From Euryarchaeota archaeon UBA86 (GTDB lineage: Archaea; Thermoplasmatota; Poseidoniia; Poseidoniales; Thalassarchaeaceae), in the NCBI GenBank assembly GCA_002503055.1, contig DAQX01000007.1:4633-68632 (forward strand): a stretch of 64,000 nt of DNA, read 5' to 3'. Under the pieces are notes generated by a model. The model saw nothing but the letters and a program-made list of their open reading frames with translations. It was not told the DNA's origin and ran no database searches. The position numbers and the translations under genes were made by a program. Positions within the stretch are counted from its first letter, which is position 1; each line of letters starts with the position of its first letter. Below are positions 19,180 through 28,654 of the stretch, one piece after another.

Positions 19180-20514
19180 ATGTCGGACGAAGACAAATCA
19201 CCGATGGGAATACTGTTCCTAGTTGTTCTAGTTGACATGATTGGATTCACAATTGTGATTCCATTTCTAACCTATTTCGTGCAAGACCTTGCCACTGCAG
19301 ACGGTATCACTGATGTAGGAAGCAGAGACCTCTGGGTTGGCATTGTCATCTCGGTGTATTCTCTAGCCCAATTTATTTTCACTCCAATTCTAGGTTCATT
19401 GAGCGACAGAATGGGTCGCAGGCCAATACTGATGATTGGTTTGATTTCGAACACCATCTTTTTCACCGTCTTCGGACTATCTGGAAGCTTGACTATGGCG
19501 GTAATCGCTCGCTTCCTTGCGGGAGCCGGGAACGGAAATATCGCAGTTGCGCGCGCCTACATTGGAGATATCTCTGAGCCCGAACAAGTAGCCAAGCGAA
19601 TGGGCATGATAGGGGCTGCATTCGGACTAGGATTCATGATTGGACCATTCATTGGCGGCTTACTATCCGATCCCTCTGAAAGTTTCGGAGCTCCCTTCGA
19701 CGGGCAGATTTGGATAGACCATCCGTACCTGCTCCCTTGCCTATTCTCTAGCGCTCTTTCCCTAATCAGTTTCATGTTAGCAATTACTCGGTTGCCAGAA
19801 AGTCTACCTGAAGATAACCGCCGATCTTCGGAGGACTCAATTCTCAAAGAATTCGGAGGTATGTTCAGTAAAATCGCAGGAGTCATGAAACTACCCACAG
19901 TATCCTCGTTGGTCTCAATCAACTTCCTCTTCCTAATGGGATTCAGTATGATGCATGGAACATTCATTCTGTTTACTTCGATGGATCCAGATAGTGGAGG
20001 ACTAGGCTGGAGCGAGTTAGATAATGGATGGGTATTCGCTTTCATTGGCCTATTGGGCGCTATTGTCCAAGGTGCATTAATCGGGCCTTTGACACAACGA
20101 TTCAATATGTCTAGATTGATGCTAATCGGAACCCTACTATGTGGTGCTGGAATTGCTAGCATACCATATGTACCATACGAAGCCAGTTGGTTGATCTTCG
20201 GATCATCCGCAGGGTTGGCCATAGGAAATGGTCTCTTTTCACCTACTCAATCCTCACTTCTCACCTTCGAGACAAAAATTAGAGGTTATGAGTTAGGCAT
20301 GGTTATGGGTGCGCAGGAAGGATATGGTGCACTAGCTAGGATTTTCGGCCCGTTAACTGCTGCATATATCTGGTCGCTGACAGTTCAAGGAGAGGGCCTT
20401 TGGGCCTATCACACCGCATTTAGAGTGGCAGGAATCATTTTCCTCCTAGCCTTCCTAATGCAGACGCGTTTGAGGCTCAGTGAGGCCAATACTCGGGGAG
20501 TTACTGGGAGTTGA
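19180..20514 (+). CDS. MFS transporter (TetA/DHA1-like)
   Basis: GSLSDRMGRRP motif A, GFMIGPFIGG motif C, about 12 TM segments. Confidence 0.9.
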   Translation: MSDEDKSPMGILFLVVLVDMIGFTIVIPFLTYFVQDLATADGITDVGSRDLWVGIVISVYSLAQFIFTPILGSLSDRMGRRPILMIGLISNTIFFTVFGLSGSLTMAVIARFLAGAGNGNIAVARAYIGDISEPEQVAKRMGMIGAAFGLGFMIGPFIGGLLSDPSESFGAPFDGQIWIDHPYLLPCLFSSALSLISFMLAITRLPESLPEDNRRSSEDSILKEFGGMFSKIAGVMKLPTVSSLVSINFLFLMGFSMMHGTFILFTSMDPDSGGLGWSELDNGWVFAFIGLLGAIVQGALIGPLTQRFNMSRLMLIGTLLCGAGIASIPYVPYEASWLIFGSSAGLAIGNGLFSPTQSSLLTFETKIRGYELGMVMGAQEGYGALARIFGPLTAAYIWSLTVQGEGLWAYHTAFRVAGIIFLLAFLMQTRLRLSEANTRGVTGS

Positions 20515-20515
20515 G

Positions 20516-21304
20516 ATGATGACGACACCTGCAGTAGTGGCACATGGAGGAGCGGGACCGGGTCCCGATAGGCAGCTAAATGTCGAGATGGCGGTTAAAG
20601 TGGCGGCCGAGATTCTCCAATCTGGCGGTTCGGCAATCGACGCAGCCGTAGAAGCCTGTGCGGTACTGGAAGATGATCCGGTTTTCAATGCAGGAACAGG
20701 CGGCGTCTTCAGGAACGATGGATCAGTCTCTCTAGATGCATCGATTCAGACTTCGGATGGCAGGATTGGATTCGTAATCGGAATGGAAGAAACACCCAAT
20801 CCGATACGAGTAGCAAAAGATCTCCTCGATGAGGAGATAAATGGCCTTGCTGGACTCGGGGCGAGAATCTGGGCCGATCAGAGAGGCCACACCAAGGCCC
20901 CAGTAGAGGGCCGACCTCCTCACGGTGGCGAGGGAGATACGGTCGGAGTTATTGCCCGTGACTCCAGCGGACTTCTGGCCTGTGCAACAAGTACTGGTGG
21001 CACCAGTCACAGACCCGCCGGTAGGGTCGGAGATGTACCCTTGCCCGGCTCGGGTTTCTGGGCCGATGAAAGAGCCTCGGTTGCAGCCACAGGAGTGGGC
21101 GAGGCAATTACTACCGCTCTTCTGAGTTACAGAGTTCATGATAGATTCACAAACTCTTCTTCAGAACTTTTGACCTCTATGAAATGGGGTATTTCAGAGT
21201 TGATTGATTCAGGAGTATCGGTAGGTCTGATTGGTCTAGACTCAGAAGGCGAGGGAATAGGATATTCCAATACCGATATGCCATGGGCCGCTTGGTTGGG
21301 TTGA
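20516..21304 (+). CDS. Isoaspartyl peptidase / L-asparaginase (Ntn hydrolase)
   Basis: HGGAG, LEDDPVFNAG, GDTVG autocleavage Thr, TSTGG, GRVGD, TGVGE. Confidence 0.92.
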   Translation: MMTTPAVVAHGGAGPGPDRQLNVEMAVKVAAEILQSGGSAIDAAVEACAVLEDDPVFNAGTGGVFRNDGSVSLDASIQTSDGRIGFVIGMEETPNPIRVAKDLLDEEINGLAGLGARIWADQRGHTKAPVEGRPPHGGEGDTVGVIARDSSGLLACATSTGGTSHRPAGRVGDVPLPGSGFWADERASVAATGVGEAITTALLSYRVHDRFTNSSSELLTSMKWGISELIDSGVSVGLIGLDSEGEGIGYSNTDMPWAAWLG

Positions 21305-21369
21305 CACTTCTGATATTCCGGGGATGCGCTTAAGGAGTCTCCTCAGGTCGCCGGGCCCGAGGGGTACCA

Positions 21370-21645
21370 ATGACTGATATCGAGACTAGGATTGAGCAGA
21401 TTGCTCAGGTAATTGGACAGTTTGATGACGCACAGGTTCCACGTAACATCAGGACCTCATCCAAGGATGCAGTAGAACAGTGGTTACTAAACAAGAATAA
21501 GGAGATGGATTTGAGGCTGGGGATGACCGCTTCAATCTTGGATGAGATATTCAATGACTCCAATCTTCCAATCCACTTCGGGCCGATGTGCCTGCAGGTT
21601 CAGACCGTTCTAGAGACTCTTCTGAATGAAGTCAGAGGCTCCTGA
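21370..21645 (+). CDS. UPF0147 family protein
   Basis: VPRNIR and ILDEIFNDSNLP motifs. Confidence 0.8.
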   Translation: MTDIETRIEQIAQVIGQFDDAQVPRNIRTSSKDAVEQWLLNKNKEMDLRLGMTASILDEIFNDSNLPIHFGPMCLQVQTVLETLLNEVRGS

Positions 21646-21653
21646 GCCTTGAA

Positions 21654-22802
21654 GTGCAATGCTCCCTAGGGGCCATCGGGGATTCTTTGTCTGGTTGGAT
21701 AAATCTGTCCTATGCCAATGTGGCTACTACATCTCCAGCAGCACATCAAATCTCGATGGAGTGGTCAGATGCATTGGCCAGGGGAGGAGCTGCAGAATTT
21801 GATGGCGAGGCAGAGAAGAATGGCATGATGCCACTGAGAAGAGCCACTGCGAGACTACTATCCTGTAAAGTCGAGGATGTGTGCGTAGGATCCAGTGCTA
21901 CTGAGCTTCTATGCTCAGTAGCATGGGCCAAATCTCCTCCTAAGGGCAGTAATATCGTCTCAACCAGAGCTTCTTTCCCATCGACTGTCTATCCGTGGAC
22001 TAGAGTTGCCGATGCTAATGGTGCTGAAGTCAGGCTAGCAGATCACGACTCAGACCTCTATACTGAACCAAATGACATTATTTCTCTTATTAATCAGGAT
22101 ACCTCCGTCGTTACGATTTCACATGTTGAGTTCTCTAGTGGGCAGAGATACGATTTGAGAAAATTAGCAGATGCTGCGCATTCGGTTGGTGCAATACTTG
22201 TGGTCGATGCAACACAATCGATGGGCATGGTCCCAATCGATGCCCCCAATTCTGGAGCAGATGTAATCGTCTCATCTGGATACAAGTGGCTGCGCGGGAC
22301 CTACGGGGCTGCTGTTGGATACATCTCACCATCCGTACTTCCAGACATGTACCCCGGATTATTGGGATTCAGGAGTCATGATGACATCTGGGATTTACGC
22401 GCTGAGAGGTTGACATTACCTCGGGATGCCAGTCGCTTCGAGTACACAACAATACACTTCGGAGCCGCCTTGGGTCTAGCCAAAGCGGTGGATGAGATTT
22501 GTGACTTCGGAATACAAGAGGTTTGGGAGCATGATCTAAAACTCGCGGACAAGGTTATCGATGAAGCCAAACGCATTGGACTCAGCATCGTATCTCCAAT
22601 TTCTGAGGATGAAAGAAGCGCCATAATCGGTCTCCGTATGCCAGAAGGCGTGAGCAGTGAGGTCATCGCCCGCAGACTACAGGACGAGTACTCCATATTG
22701 GTCACCAGCAGAGCAGGATTGCTACGAGTCTCTCCTCATATGGACAACACAACTGAGGAAGTAGGAATGCTATTTGATGCTCTCGAGAAAATACTCTCAT
22801 AG
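21654..22802 (+). CDS. Aminotransferase class V-fold PLP-dependent enzyme
   Basis: VDATQSMG, SSGYKWL (PLP Lys), LRVSPH; start uncertain. Confidence 0.85.
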   Translation: MQCSLGAIGDSLSGWINLSYANVATTSPAAHQISMEWSDALARGGAAEFDGEAEKNGMMPLRRATARLLSCKVEDVCVGSSATELLCSVAWAKSPPKGSNIVSTRASFPSTVYPWTRVADANGAEVRLADHDSDLYTEPNDIISLINQDTSVVTISHVEFSSGQRYDLRKLADAAHSVGAILVVDATQSMGMVPIDAPNSGADVIVSSGYKWLRGTYGAAVGYISPSVLPDMYPGLLGFRSHDDIWDLRAERLTLPRDASRFEYTTIHFGAALGLAKAVDEICDFGIQEVWEHDLKLADKVIDEAKRIGLSIVSPISEDERSAIIGLRMPEGVSSEVIARRLQDEYSILVTSRAGLLRVSPHMDNTTEEVGMLFDALEKILS

Positions 22803-23417
22803 ATGAGGCTGCATTATTGCAGCGGCGATGAAAAACATAATGCAAGCAATCGACAAATCGATGTATCTCCAGGACTTAGGCTTGTTCAGAACCTCTGAGA
22901 GACTCTTCGCCCCATATCCAAGCGAGAAGAAGAATACGAATGAGGCAGTAGCGGCACCAATTCCGAAGGCTATTCTCTCATCACCTAGGTATCTGCTTGA
23001 AGTGCCCCCTATTAGCAACAAAGTGTCCACATATACATGCGGATTGAGGAATGTGAATGCAGCAGCAGCCCCAATAGTGGCCTTGAGGCTAGACTCGCCC
23101 TCTCCCTCAGTCGACATTCCTTCTGGATTCATCGCTGATCTGATTCTGAGAAATCCATATCCAACGAGAAACAATGTCGCCCCAATTGCAATCGTCTTCT
23201 CTGCTCCTTCAATACTAGAAAGAAAGGCCCCCATTCCCAACACTCCAGCTGTAATCAGGACAGCATCGAAAATAGAGCAGGCTAGACAGACAGCAAACAC
23301 ATGCGATTTCATCAATCCCTGCCGCATCACGAAGACATTCTGCGGCCCCAATGCTAGAATCAGGCCAATACTGAGGGCGAATCCTTCGACTGCCGCAGAG
23401 CCGATTGCCATGCTCAT
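22797..23417 (-). CDS. LysE/ArgO family amino acid exporter
   Basis: LGPQNVFVMRQG, TFLNPHVYVDT. Confidence 0.88.
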   Translation of the reverse strand: MSMAIGSAAVEGFALSIGLILALGPQNVFVMRQGLMKSHVFAVCLACSIFDAVLITAGVLGMGAFLSSIEGAEKTIAIGATLFLVGYGFLRIRSAMNPEGMSTEGEGESSLKATIGAAAAFTFLNPHVYVDTLLLIGGTSSRYLGDERIAFGIGAATASFVFFFSLGYGAKSLSEVLNKPKSWRYIDLSIACIMFFIAAAIMQPHL

Positions 23418-23569
23418 GTCTTTCTACGCTCTACTGCCTTCTTTCGGAATCCTGTGTATCCACACTTTCGGCAAGCACGCGGTTTGCTGCCGCGATGGGT
23501 AGCGCTGCACTTCATGCATATCCACTTGTCAAGCAGGCGCCTCTCTGCCTCTGGATGCCTCTGAGCCAT
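23414..23569 (-). CDS. rpl40e: 50S ribosomal protein L40e
   Basis: MAQRHPEAERRLLDKWICMKC...CRKCGY; ATG at 23569; ATGA overlap with the lysE-like gene. Confidence 0.9.
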   Translation of the reverse strand: MAQRHPEAERRLLDKWICMKCSATHRGSKPRACRKCGYTGFRKKAVERRKT

Positions 23570-23684
23570 GCAGACCGGCCGACCTGCCGGCCATTCATAA
23601 TCGCTTCCCACCCGAAAACCATCAGAAATCAGTCCCGTATTCAGCCAAAGCATTGATTCGCCCTCTGCACTGCCCTTCGCTACG

Positions 23685-25031
23685 GTGCCTGCCAGCGTTG
23701 TGCTCGGAGCCCAGTGGGGGGATGAAGGTAAGGGCAAGGCCATAGACCAACTCGCCGAGCAGTCTACCTGGGCTGTTCGCTTCCAAGGAGGCAACAATGC
23801 GGGCCATACAATCGTAGTCGGAGATACCACTCTCAAACTACACCAAATTCCTTCTGGGGTTACCTACAATCACTGTAACCTAGTTCTAGGAGATGGTATG
23901 GTAATCGACCCGTGGGTACTCGAAGAGGAACTCGATAGATGGCACGACCTCACAGGTGAGAGGCCGGAAGGAGTTAGGCTATTCATCAGCGAGAGGGCAT
24001 CTGTAATTCTTCCATTCCACAGGCTGTATGATGGAGCAGACAAGGTGGTCGGGACTACTGGCCGAGGAATCGGCCCGACTTATCGCGACCGAATTGAGAG
24101 AGTCGGCATCAGATTCGCGGACATCTCCGGATTAATTGCTGATGACAAGTCCCTAGCTTCGCAAGCTGAGAGGATGACCAAGCAACTGTCAACAGTGGGC
24201 GTCGGAGAAGCAATCGACGCCTCTTCACTGAAATCAGATCTGCAGTGGATTTTGAATCGCTTCGGTACAGCAATCAAGCCAACTGGTGTGATGGTAGATA
24301 TTGCACTAAGTAATGGAGAAAATGTCCTACTTGAGGGCGCACAAGGAGCAATGCTCGACATAGATCAGGGCACCTATCCATTCGTGACTTCGTCAGTCAC
24401 TAGTAGGGCCAATGCTACACATGGTGCTGGCATTCATCCCGGGCATGTCGAAGAATGCTTTGGAATCACCAAGGCATACACAACCAGAGTAGGAAACGGA
24501 CCATTCCCTACTGAACTATCACTCGAAGAAGGACCAGGCCAACACATGGCGCAAATTGGAAACGAGTACGGTACAACCACAGGAAGGCCTCGTAGAACAG
24601 GCTGGCTGGACATGGTCGCTCTCCGTGAAAGCAATCGAATCAATGGATATACTGGCCTAGTCGTAACTAAGTTGGATGTCCTAGGGGGTCTCGATGAACT
24701 GAAGATTTGCGTTGGCTACGAGATGGATGGTAAGACGATTCATGTAATGCCAACCACCAGCGAAGACCTTGCTCGCTGCAAACCAATCTACGAGACCCAC
24801 ATCGGATTCCCGTCGCTTTCACTAGACGAATGGATTGAGATGGCAGACGCTTCTAGAGACAATGGCACCGGGTTCGATGCATTCCCTGACATTATCAAGC
24901 AGTACATCGAGAGAATCGAGACTCTAGCTGGTATCCCTGTAGTAAGCGTAGGCGTCGGCCCAGACCGCCGAGCATCAGTTGCTAGCAAAGAAGGGCCGTT
25001 CGATTTCCCCTCTGCCGAGGCAACCTTCTAA
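23685..25031 (+). CDS. purA: Adenylosuccinate synthetase
   Basis: GAQWGDEGKGK, QGGNNAGHT, EGAQG, TTTGRPRR. Confidence 0.97.
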   Translation: MPASVVLGAQWGDEGKGKAIDQLAEQSTWAVRFQGGNNAGHTIVVGDTTLKLHQIPSGVTYNHCNLVLGDGMVIDPWVLEEELDRWHDLTGERPEGVRLFISERASVILPFHRLYDGADKVVGTTGRGIGPTYRDRIERVGIRFADISGLIADDKSLASQAERMTKQLSTVGVGEAIDASSLKSDLQWILNRFGTAIKPTGVMVDIALSNGENVLLEGAQGAMLDIDQGTYPFVTSSVTSRANATHGAGIHPGHVEECFGITKAYTTRVGNGPFPTELSLEEGPGQHMAQIGNEYGTTTGRPRRTGWLDMVALRESNRINGYTGLVVTKLDVLGGLDELKICVGYEMDGKTIHVMPTTSEDLARCKPIYETHIGFPSLSLDEWIEMADASRDNGTGFDAFPDIIKQYIERIETLAGIPVVSVGVGPDRRASVASKEGPFDFPSAEATF

Positions 25032-25054
25032 TCGGTCAACTATGGCCCCCTGTC

Positions 25055-25342
25055 ATGGGATTCAAGGCGAATGCCCGCAAGAGGAGACAGGTCGCTGCTG
25101 CTGCCTCTGGTGCTTCCGAGAAGAAGCAGGAAGAGTATGTCGGCGAGAAGAAGTGCGATGTGGCCGACTGCGACAATTGGGCAGACAAGAAAATCGGAGG
25201 CAGGAGACTAGCCTTTGACAGGGCAGTCGATGTCTGGGGCGAGTCTGGTTTGTCCACAGAGGCAAGGAGAGTCACAGTCTGTAAGTCGTGTTACAGAGCC
25301 TGGAAGAAGGCCAAGAAGGATGAGCCAACCGAGTGGACATAG
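25055..25342 (+). CDS. Small basic hypothetical protein with putative Zn-binding Cys pairs
   Basis: CDVADC...CKSC, Lys/Arg-rich termini; fills the purA-pruA gap. Confidence 0.65.
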   Translation: MGFKANARKRRQVAAAASGASEKKQEEYVGEKKCDVADCDNWADKKIGGRRLAFDRAVDVWGESGLSTEARRVTVCKSCYRAWKKAKKDEPTEWT

Positions 25343-25405
25343 GACGCAGAAATCATCTGATTATACAATCGCAACAATGTTAGATGGAATCTCAGAGCGA
25401 GTTCC

Positions 25406-27025
25406 ATGTCTCATCCGGCCAACGAGCCCATTCTCGGATATGAACCAGGAAGTCAAGAGAGAGAATCTCTGCAATCAGAGATTGACCGCCAGATGGCCGA
25501 AATCATTGAGATACCCTGTATTATCAACGGAGAAGAGGTATACACAGGAGTAACTGTGCCCCAGTTAATTCCGCACAATCATGGCCATGTTCTTGCTAAT
25601 GTGCACTTGGCAGGAAGGGATGAGATGGAGGCTGCTTGTGCTGCAGCGGTTGCTGCGCAACAGGAGTGGATTGATCTCGGATTAGAGGGGCGATGTGCCA
25701 TTTTCGAGCGCTGCGCCGATCTTCTAGCCGGAGACTGGCGCATGAAGGTCAACGCCTCAACCATGCTCAATCAATCAAAGACAGCATTCCAAGCCGAAAT
25801 CGACGCGGCGTGTGAACTCATCGACTTCTGGAGATTCAATTGTCATTATGCGAGAGGATTCCACGATGACTTCCAACCACTCGTCTCTCCGGAAGGAGTT
25901 AAGAATTCAACTGAAATCAGACCTCTGGAAGGGTTCGTACTAGCAATCACTCCATTCAACTTCACGAGTATCGCCGCCAATCTACCTAGTGCACCAGCCA
26001 TAGTCGGCTGCACAAGCATTTGGAAAGCCAGTCGTAACTCATATCATTCGAACTATGTCCTGATGCAACTTATGATGGAAGCAGGATTGCCTCCAGGAGT
26101 CATAAATTTCCTCCCGGGTTCAGGTGCTGATATTACAGAAGTAGCTCTAGCTAATCCCGACTTTGCGGGACTTCACTTCACTGGTTCAACAGCAACATTC
26201 CAGGGACTATGGCAGGAGATTGGATTGGCCCTGCCGAACCTGCGTTCCTACCCACGGATCGTTGGTGAGACTGGAGGCAAAGACTTCGTTGTAGCACACC
26301 CAGAATGTGACCGACAAGGTCTGCTTGTTGCACTACTCAGAGGGGCATTTGAATATCAAGGGCAGAAGTGCTCGGCTGCTAGCCGTGCCTATATTCCAAG
26401 ATCAGTATGGACTGCTATCTCTGAAGACCTATGCTCCGAGATTGGCAAGATAAAGATGGGAGATGCTCGTGACTTTACCAATTTCATGACTGCAGTTATC
26501 GACCAGAGATCCTTCGACAAAATAACAGGATATATCGAAAGAGCCGCTAGCAGAGATACCTGCACAATCATCTGTGGAGGAGGCTCGGATGACTCGACTG
26601 GTTTCTTCATTGAGCCTACCATTATTGTCACCAACAATCCAACATCGGAGACCATGGTAGAGGAGATATTCGGCCCAGTGCTAACGGTGTATGTCTATGA
26701 GGACGATGAATTCGAGGCAACCCTGAGACTGTGTGACGAGGCATCCCCTTACGCGCTTACGGGTAGTATCTTTGCATCCAATGAAGAGGATATACAGACT
26801 GCATACGAGGCATTGAGATTCACCGCTGGAAACTTCTACATCAACGACAAGCCTACCGGGGCCGTTGTCGCCCAGCAGCCATTCGGAGGGGCCAGGGCTT
26901 CTGGTACCAATGACAAGGCTGGAGGCCCCCTCAATCTTCTACGATGGATTAGCCCGCGCTCAGTGAAGAGGACAATCGATGTGCCACAGGATTGGACTTA
27001 TCCATTCATGGGCGCAGACAAGTAA
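25406..27025 (+). CDS. pruA: L-glutamate gamma-semialdehyde (P5C) dehydrogenase
   Basis: PANEP, PFNFTSIA, GETGGKDF, FEYQGQKCSA, QQPFGGARASGTNDK. Confidence 0.93.
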   Translation: MSHPANEPILGYEPGSQERESLQSEIDRQMAEIIEIPCIINGEEVYTGVTVPQLIPHNHGHVLANVHLAGRDEMEAACAAAVAAQQEWIDLGLEGRCAIFERCADLLAGDWRMKVNASTMLNQSKTAFQAEIDAACELIDFWRFNCHYARGFHDDFQPLVSPEGVKNSTEIRPLEGFVLAITPFNFTSIAANLPSAPAIVGCTSIWKASRNSYHSNYVLMQLMMEAGLPPGVINFLPGSGADITEVALANPDFAGLHFTGSTATFQGLWQEIGLALPNLRSYPRIVGETGGKDFVVAHPECDRQGLLVALLRGAFEYQGQKCSAASRAYIPRSVWTAISEDLCSEIGKIKMGDARDFTNFMTAVIDQRSFDKITGYIERAASRDTCTIICGGGSDDSTGFFIEPTIIVTNNPTSETMVEEIFGPVLTVYVYEDDEFEATLRLCDEASPYALTGSIFASNEEDIQTAYEALRFTAGNFYINDKPTGAVVAQQPFGGARASGTNDKAGGPLNLLRWISPRSVKRTIDVPQDWTYPFMGADK

Positions 27026-27060
27026 TCCGAACTTTGATTACCCGCTGATTTGAGCGGCCA

Positions 27061-27137
27061 ATGGGGAGCTTAGTGCTGAGAGGTCACTGAAAGGTGACGA
27101 CCCTTGACCTGATCTGGATAATGCCAGCGGAGGGAGA
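27061..27137 (+). promoter_or_regulatory. TPP (THI-box) riboswitch
   Basis: GGGGAGC...GCTGAGA...GACCC-TTGA-CCTGATCTGGATAATGCCAGCGGAGGGA matches the TPP aptamer consensus; extra hairpin GTCAC/GTGAC. Confidence 0.93.
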
Positions 27138-27140
27138 GAA

Positions 27141-28586
27141 ATGAACGAAATTATAGCATATGGACTACTGTTTGCAACATTAGCAATCTTTGGCTGGATA
27201 GGTTACCAAGCCGGAGTAAAGAATGATTTGAATGAGGATGAATACCTCTCTGCTAGAGGTTCACAGGACTGGTTGAGAATTGGATTGAGCCTATTTGCAT
27301 CGGGAATGGGGATTTGGATTCTATTCGGGCCTTCCGAGGTCGGCTACTACGGGGGATTCTGGGATGTTGTCGGATATGCAGTTTCGGCTGCCACACCATT
27401 CCTTCTCCTAGCCTATGTTGGCCCTATGATTCGCGAGAGGCTGCCTTCGGGAGTCACACTTGCCGACTATGTCCGTATTCGTCTAGGAAGGCCGATGCAA
27501 GTCTATGTCGGACTAATCTCCGTGCTCTACATGTTCACCTTCCTTTTTGCAGAATTCACCGCTATAGGAAAGGCGATGGACACCCTCTCCGAGATAGAAC
27601 CCCTCATCGCCATGGGCATGGTAGGAATAGTGACTGCAGCATACATCTCGCAAGGAGGACTCCCTGCATCTCTAGCAACTGACCGTGTGCAAGCGTGGAC
27701 AATCATGTTCCTTGTTGTGGCATTGCTGTTGGCCCTATTTGGAGGAGACATAAACGGCCTCATTGCGGATGCCAAGGCATACAATCCCGAAGACTCATGG
27801 AGCATCGGCTCAATGTCATACATGGATTCATTCGAATCCGGACTGGCTCTGGTTGTGGCAATTACCGCAGCAGAGATGTTCTCTCAGGGCAACTGGCAGC
27901 GGGCTTGGGCGTCCGAGTCGGACGAGGCCTTGACCAAGGGTGCCTGGCTGGCTGCGGGACTTGTCCTACCACTGGTCTTCATCATGGGTGTGCTAGGTAC
28001 CGTAGTCGCGGGACAGGGTGCCGTGGACGATCCTTCTGCGGCATTCTTCTATCTCATCGAGGATGCAGGAACCCTCTTCGTTGCCGCATTCATCGTCCTC
28101 GCAGTAGCACTGGTGTGCTCAAGCGTCGATACTCTACAGAATGCTATTGTGGCTTCGATATCGGGAGATCTCAGCGATAACACGATGAGTCTGCAGAATG
28201 CACGTTTCCTGACAATCGGCCTAATCCCAATAGCAATCTATCTGGCCACGGGGCCTACTATTGGAGGTTTCACCTTCGATGCACTCGGCGTGTTTGAGAT
28301 ATTCCTGTTCGCCGACTTGCTAGCTGCAGCCACGGTCATGCCAGTCCTGCTCACACTGTGGGGCGAGGTGTCGACCAAAGGTGCACTACTGGGCGCTGTC
28401 TGCGGACTGCTATCAGTAGTCGCATACGGCACATTCACGGGAGATTTAGGAACAGGCATAGAGTATGTCTTCTCGCCTACAAACGAATTCGGCCTAGCGA
28501 ACCTCAATGTCTTCCTGTCAGCAGTAATCGGCTCTACAATCGTGACTATTGGTGGCTCCAAAGTCCTGCCCGATGCCTCCGCTTGA
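27141..28586 (+). CDS. Sodium:solute symporter family transporter, likely for thiamine or a thiamine precursor (ThiV-like)
   Basis: About 13 TM segments, SLFASGMG, ASLATDRVQ, WQRAW, SSVDT; directly downstream of the TPP riboswitch. Confidence 0.85.
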   Translation: MNEIIAYGLLFATLAIFGWIGYQAGVKNDLNEDEYLSARGSQDWLRIGLSLFASGMGIWILFGPSEVGYYGGFWDVVGYAVSAATPFLLLAYVGPMIRERLPSGVTLADYVRIRLGRPMQVYVGLISVLYMFTFLFAEFTAIGKAMDTLSEIEPLIAMGMVGIVTAAYISQGGLPASLATDRVQAWTIMFLVVALLLALFGGDINGLIADAKAYNPEDSWSIGSMSYMDSFESGLALVVAITAAEMFSQGNWQRAWASESDEALTKGAWLAAGLVLPLVFIMGVLGTVVAGQGAVDDPSAAFFYLIEDAGTLFVAAFIVLAVALVCSSVDTLQNAIVASISGDLSDNTMSLQNARFLTIGLIPIAIYLATGPTIGGFTFDALGVFEIFLFADLLAAATVMPVLLTLWGEVSTKGALLGAVCGLLSVVAYGTFTGDLGTGIEYVFSPTNEFGLANLNVFLSAVIGSTIVTIGGSKVLPDASA

Positions 28587-28654
28587 TTCATTTGCTTGAG
28601 CAACACGCGAAGGCCGTGTTCGGACCACATCCTTCTAGGATTCATGCGCTGGCA

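Noticed and set aside
21654-22802. Class V PLP enzyme as kynureninase or cysteine desulfurase
   Set aside because: Family-specific motifs are not recognisable and there is no catalytic Cys loop; left as generic.
23570-23836. 140-aa ORF extending rpl40e, as a possible fusion
   Set aside because: The extension overlaps the purA start and promoter and has no recognisable fold; ATG 23569 gives a normal L40e.
25343-25405. Weak inverted repeat (CATCTGA...TTAGATG) upstream of pruA
   Set aside because: Short and imperfect, with no recognisable RNA family; could be an operator but unsupported.
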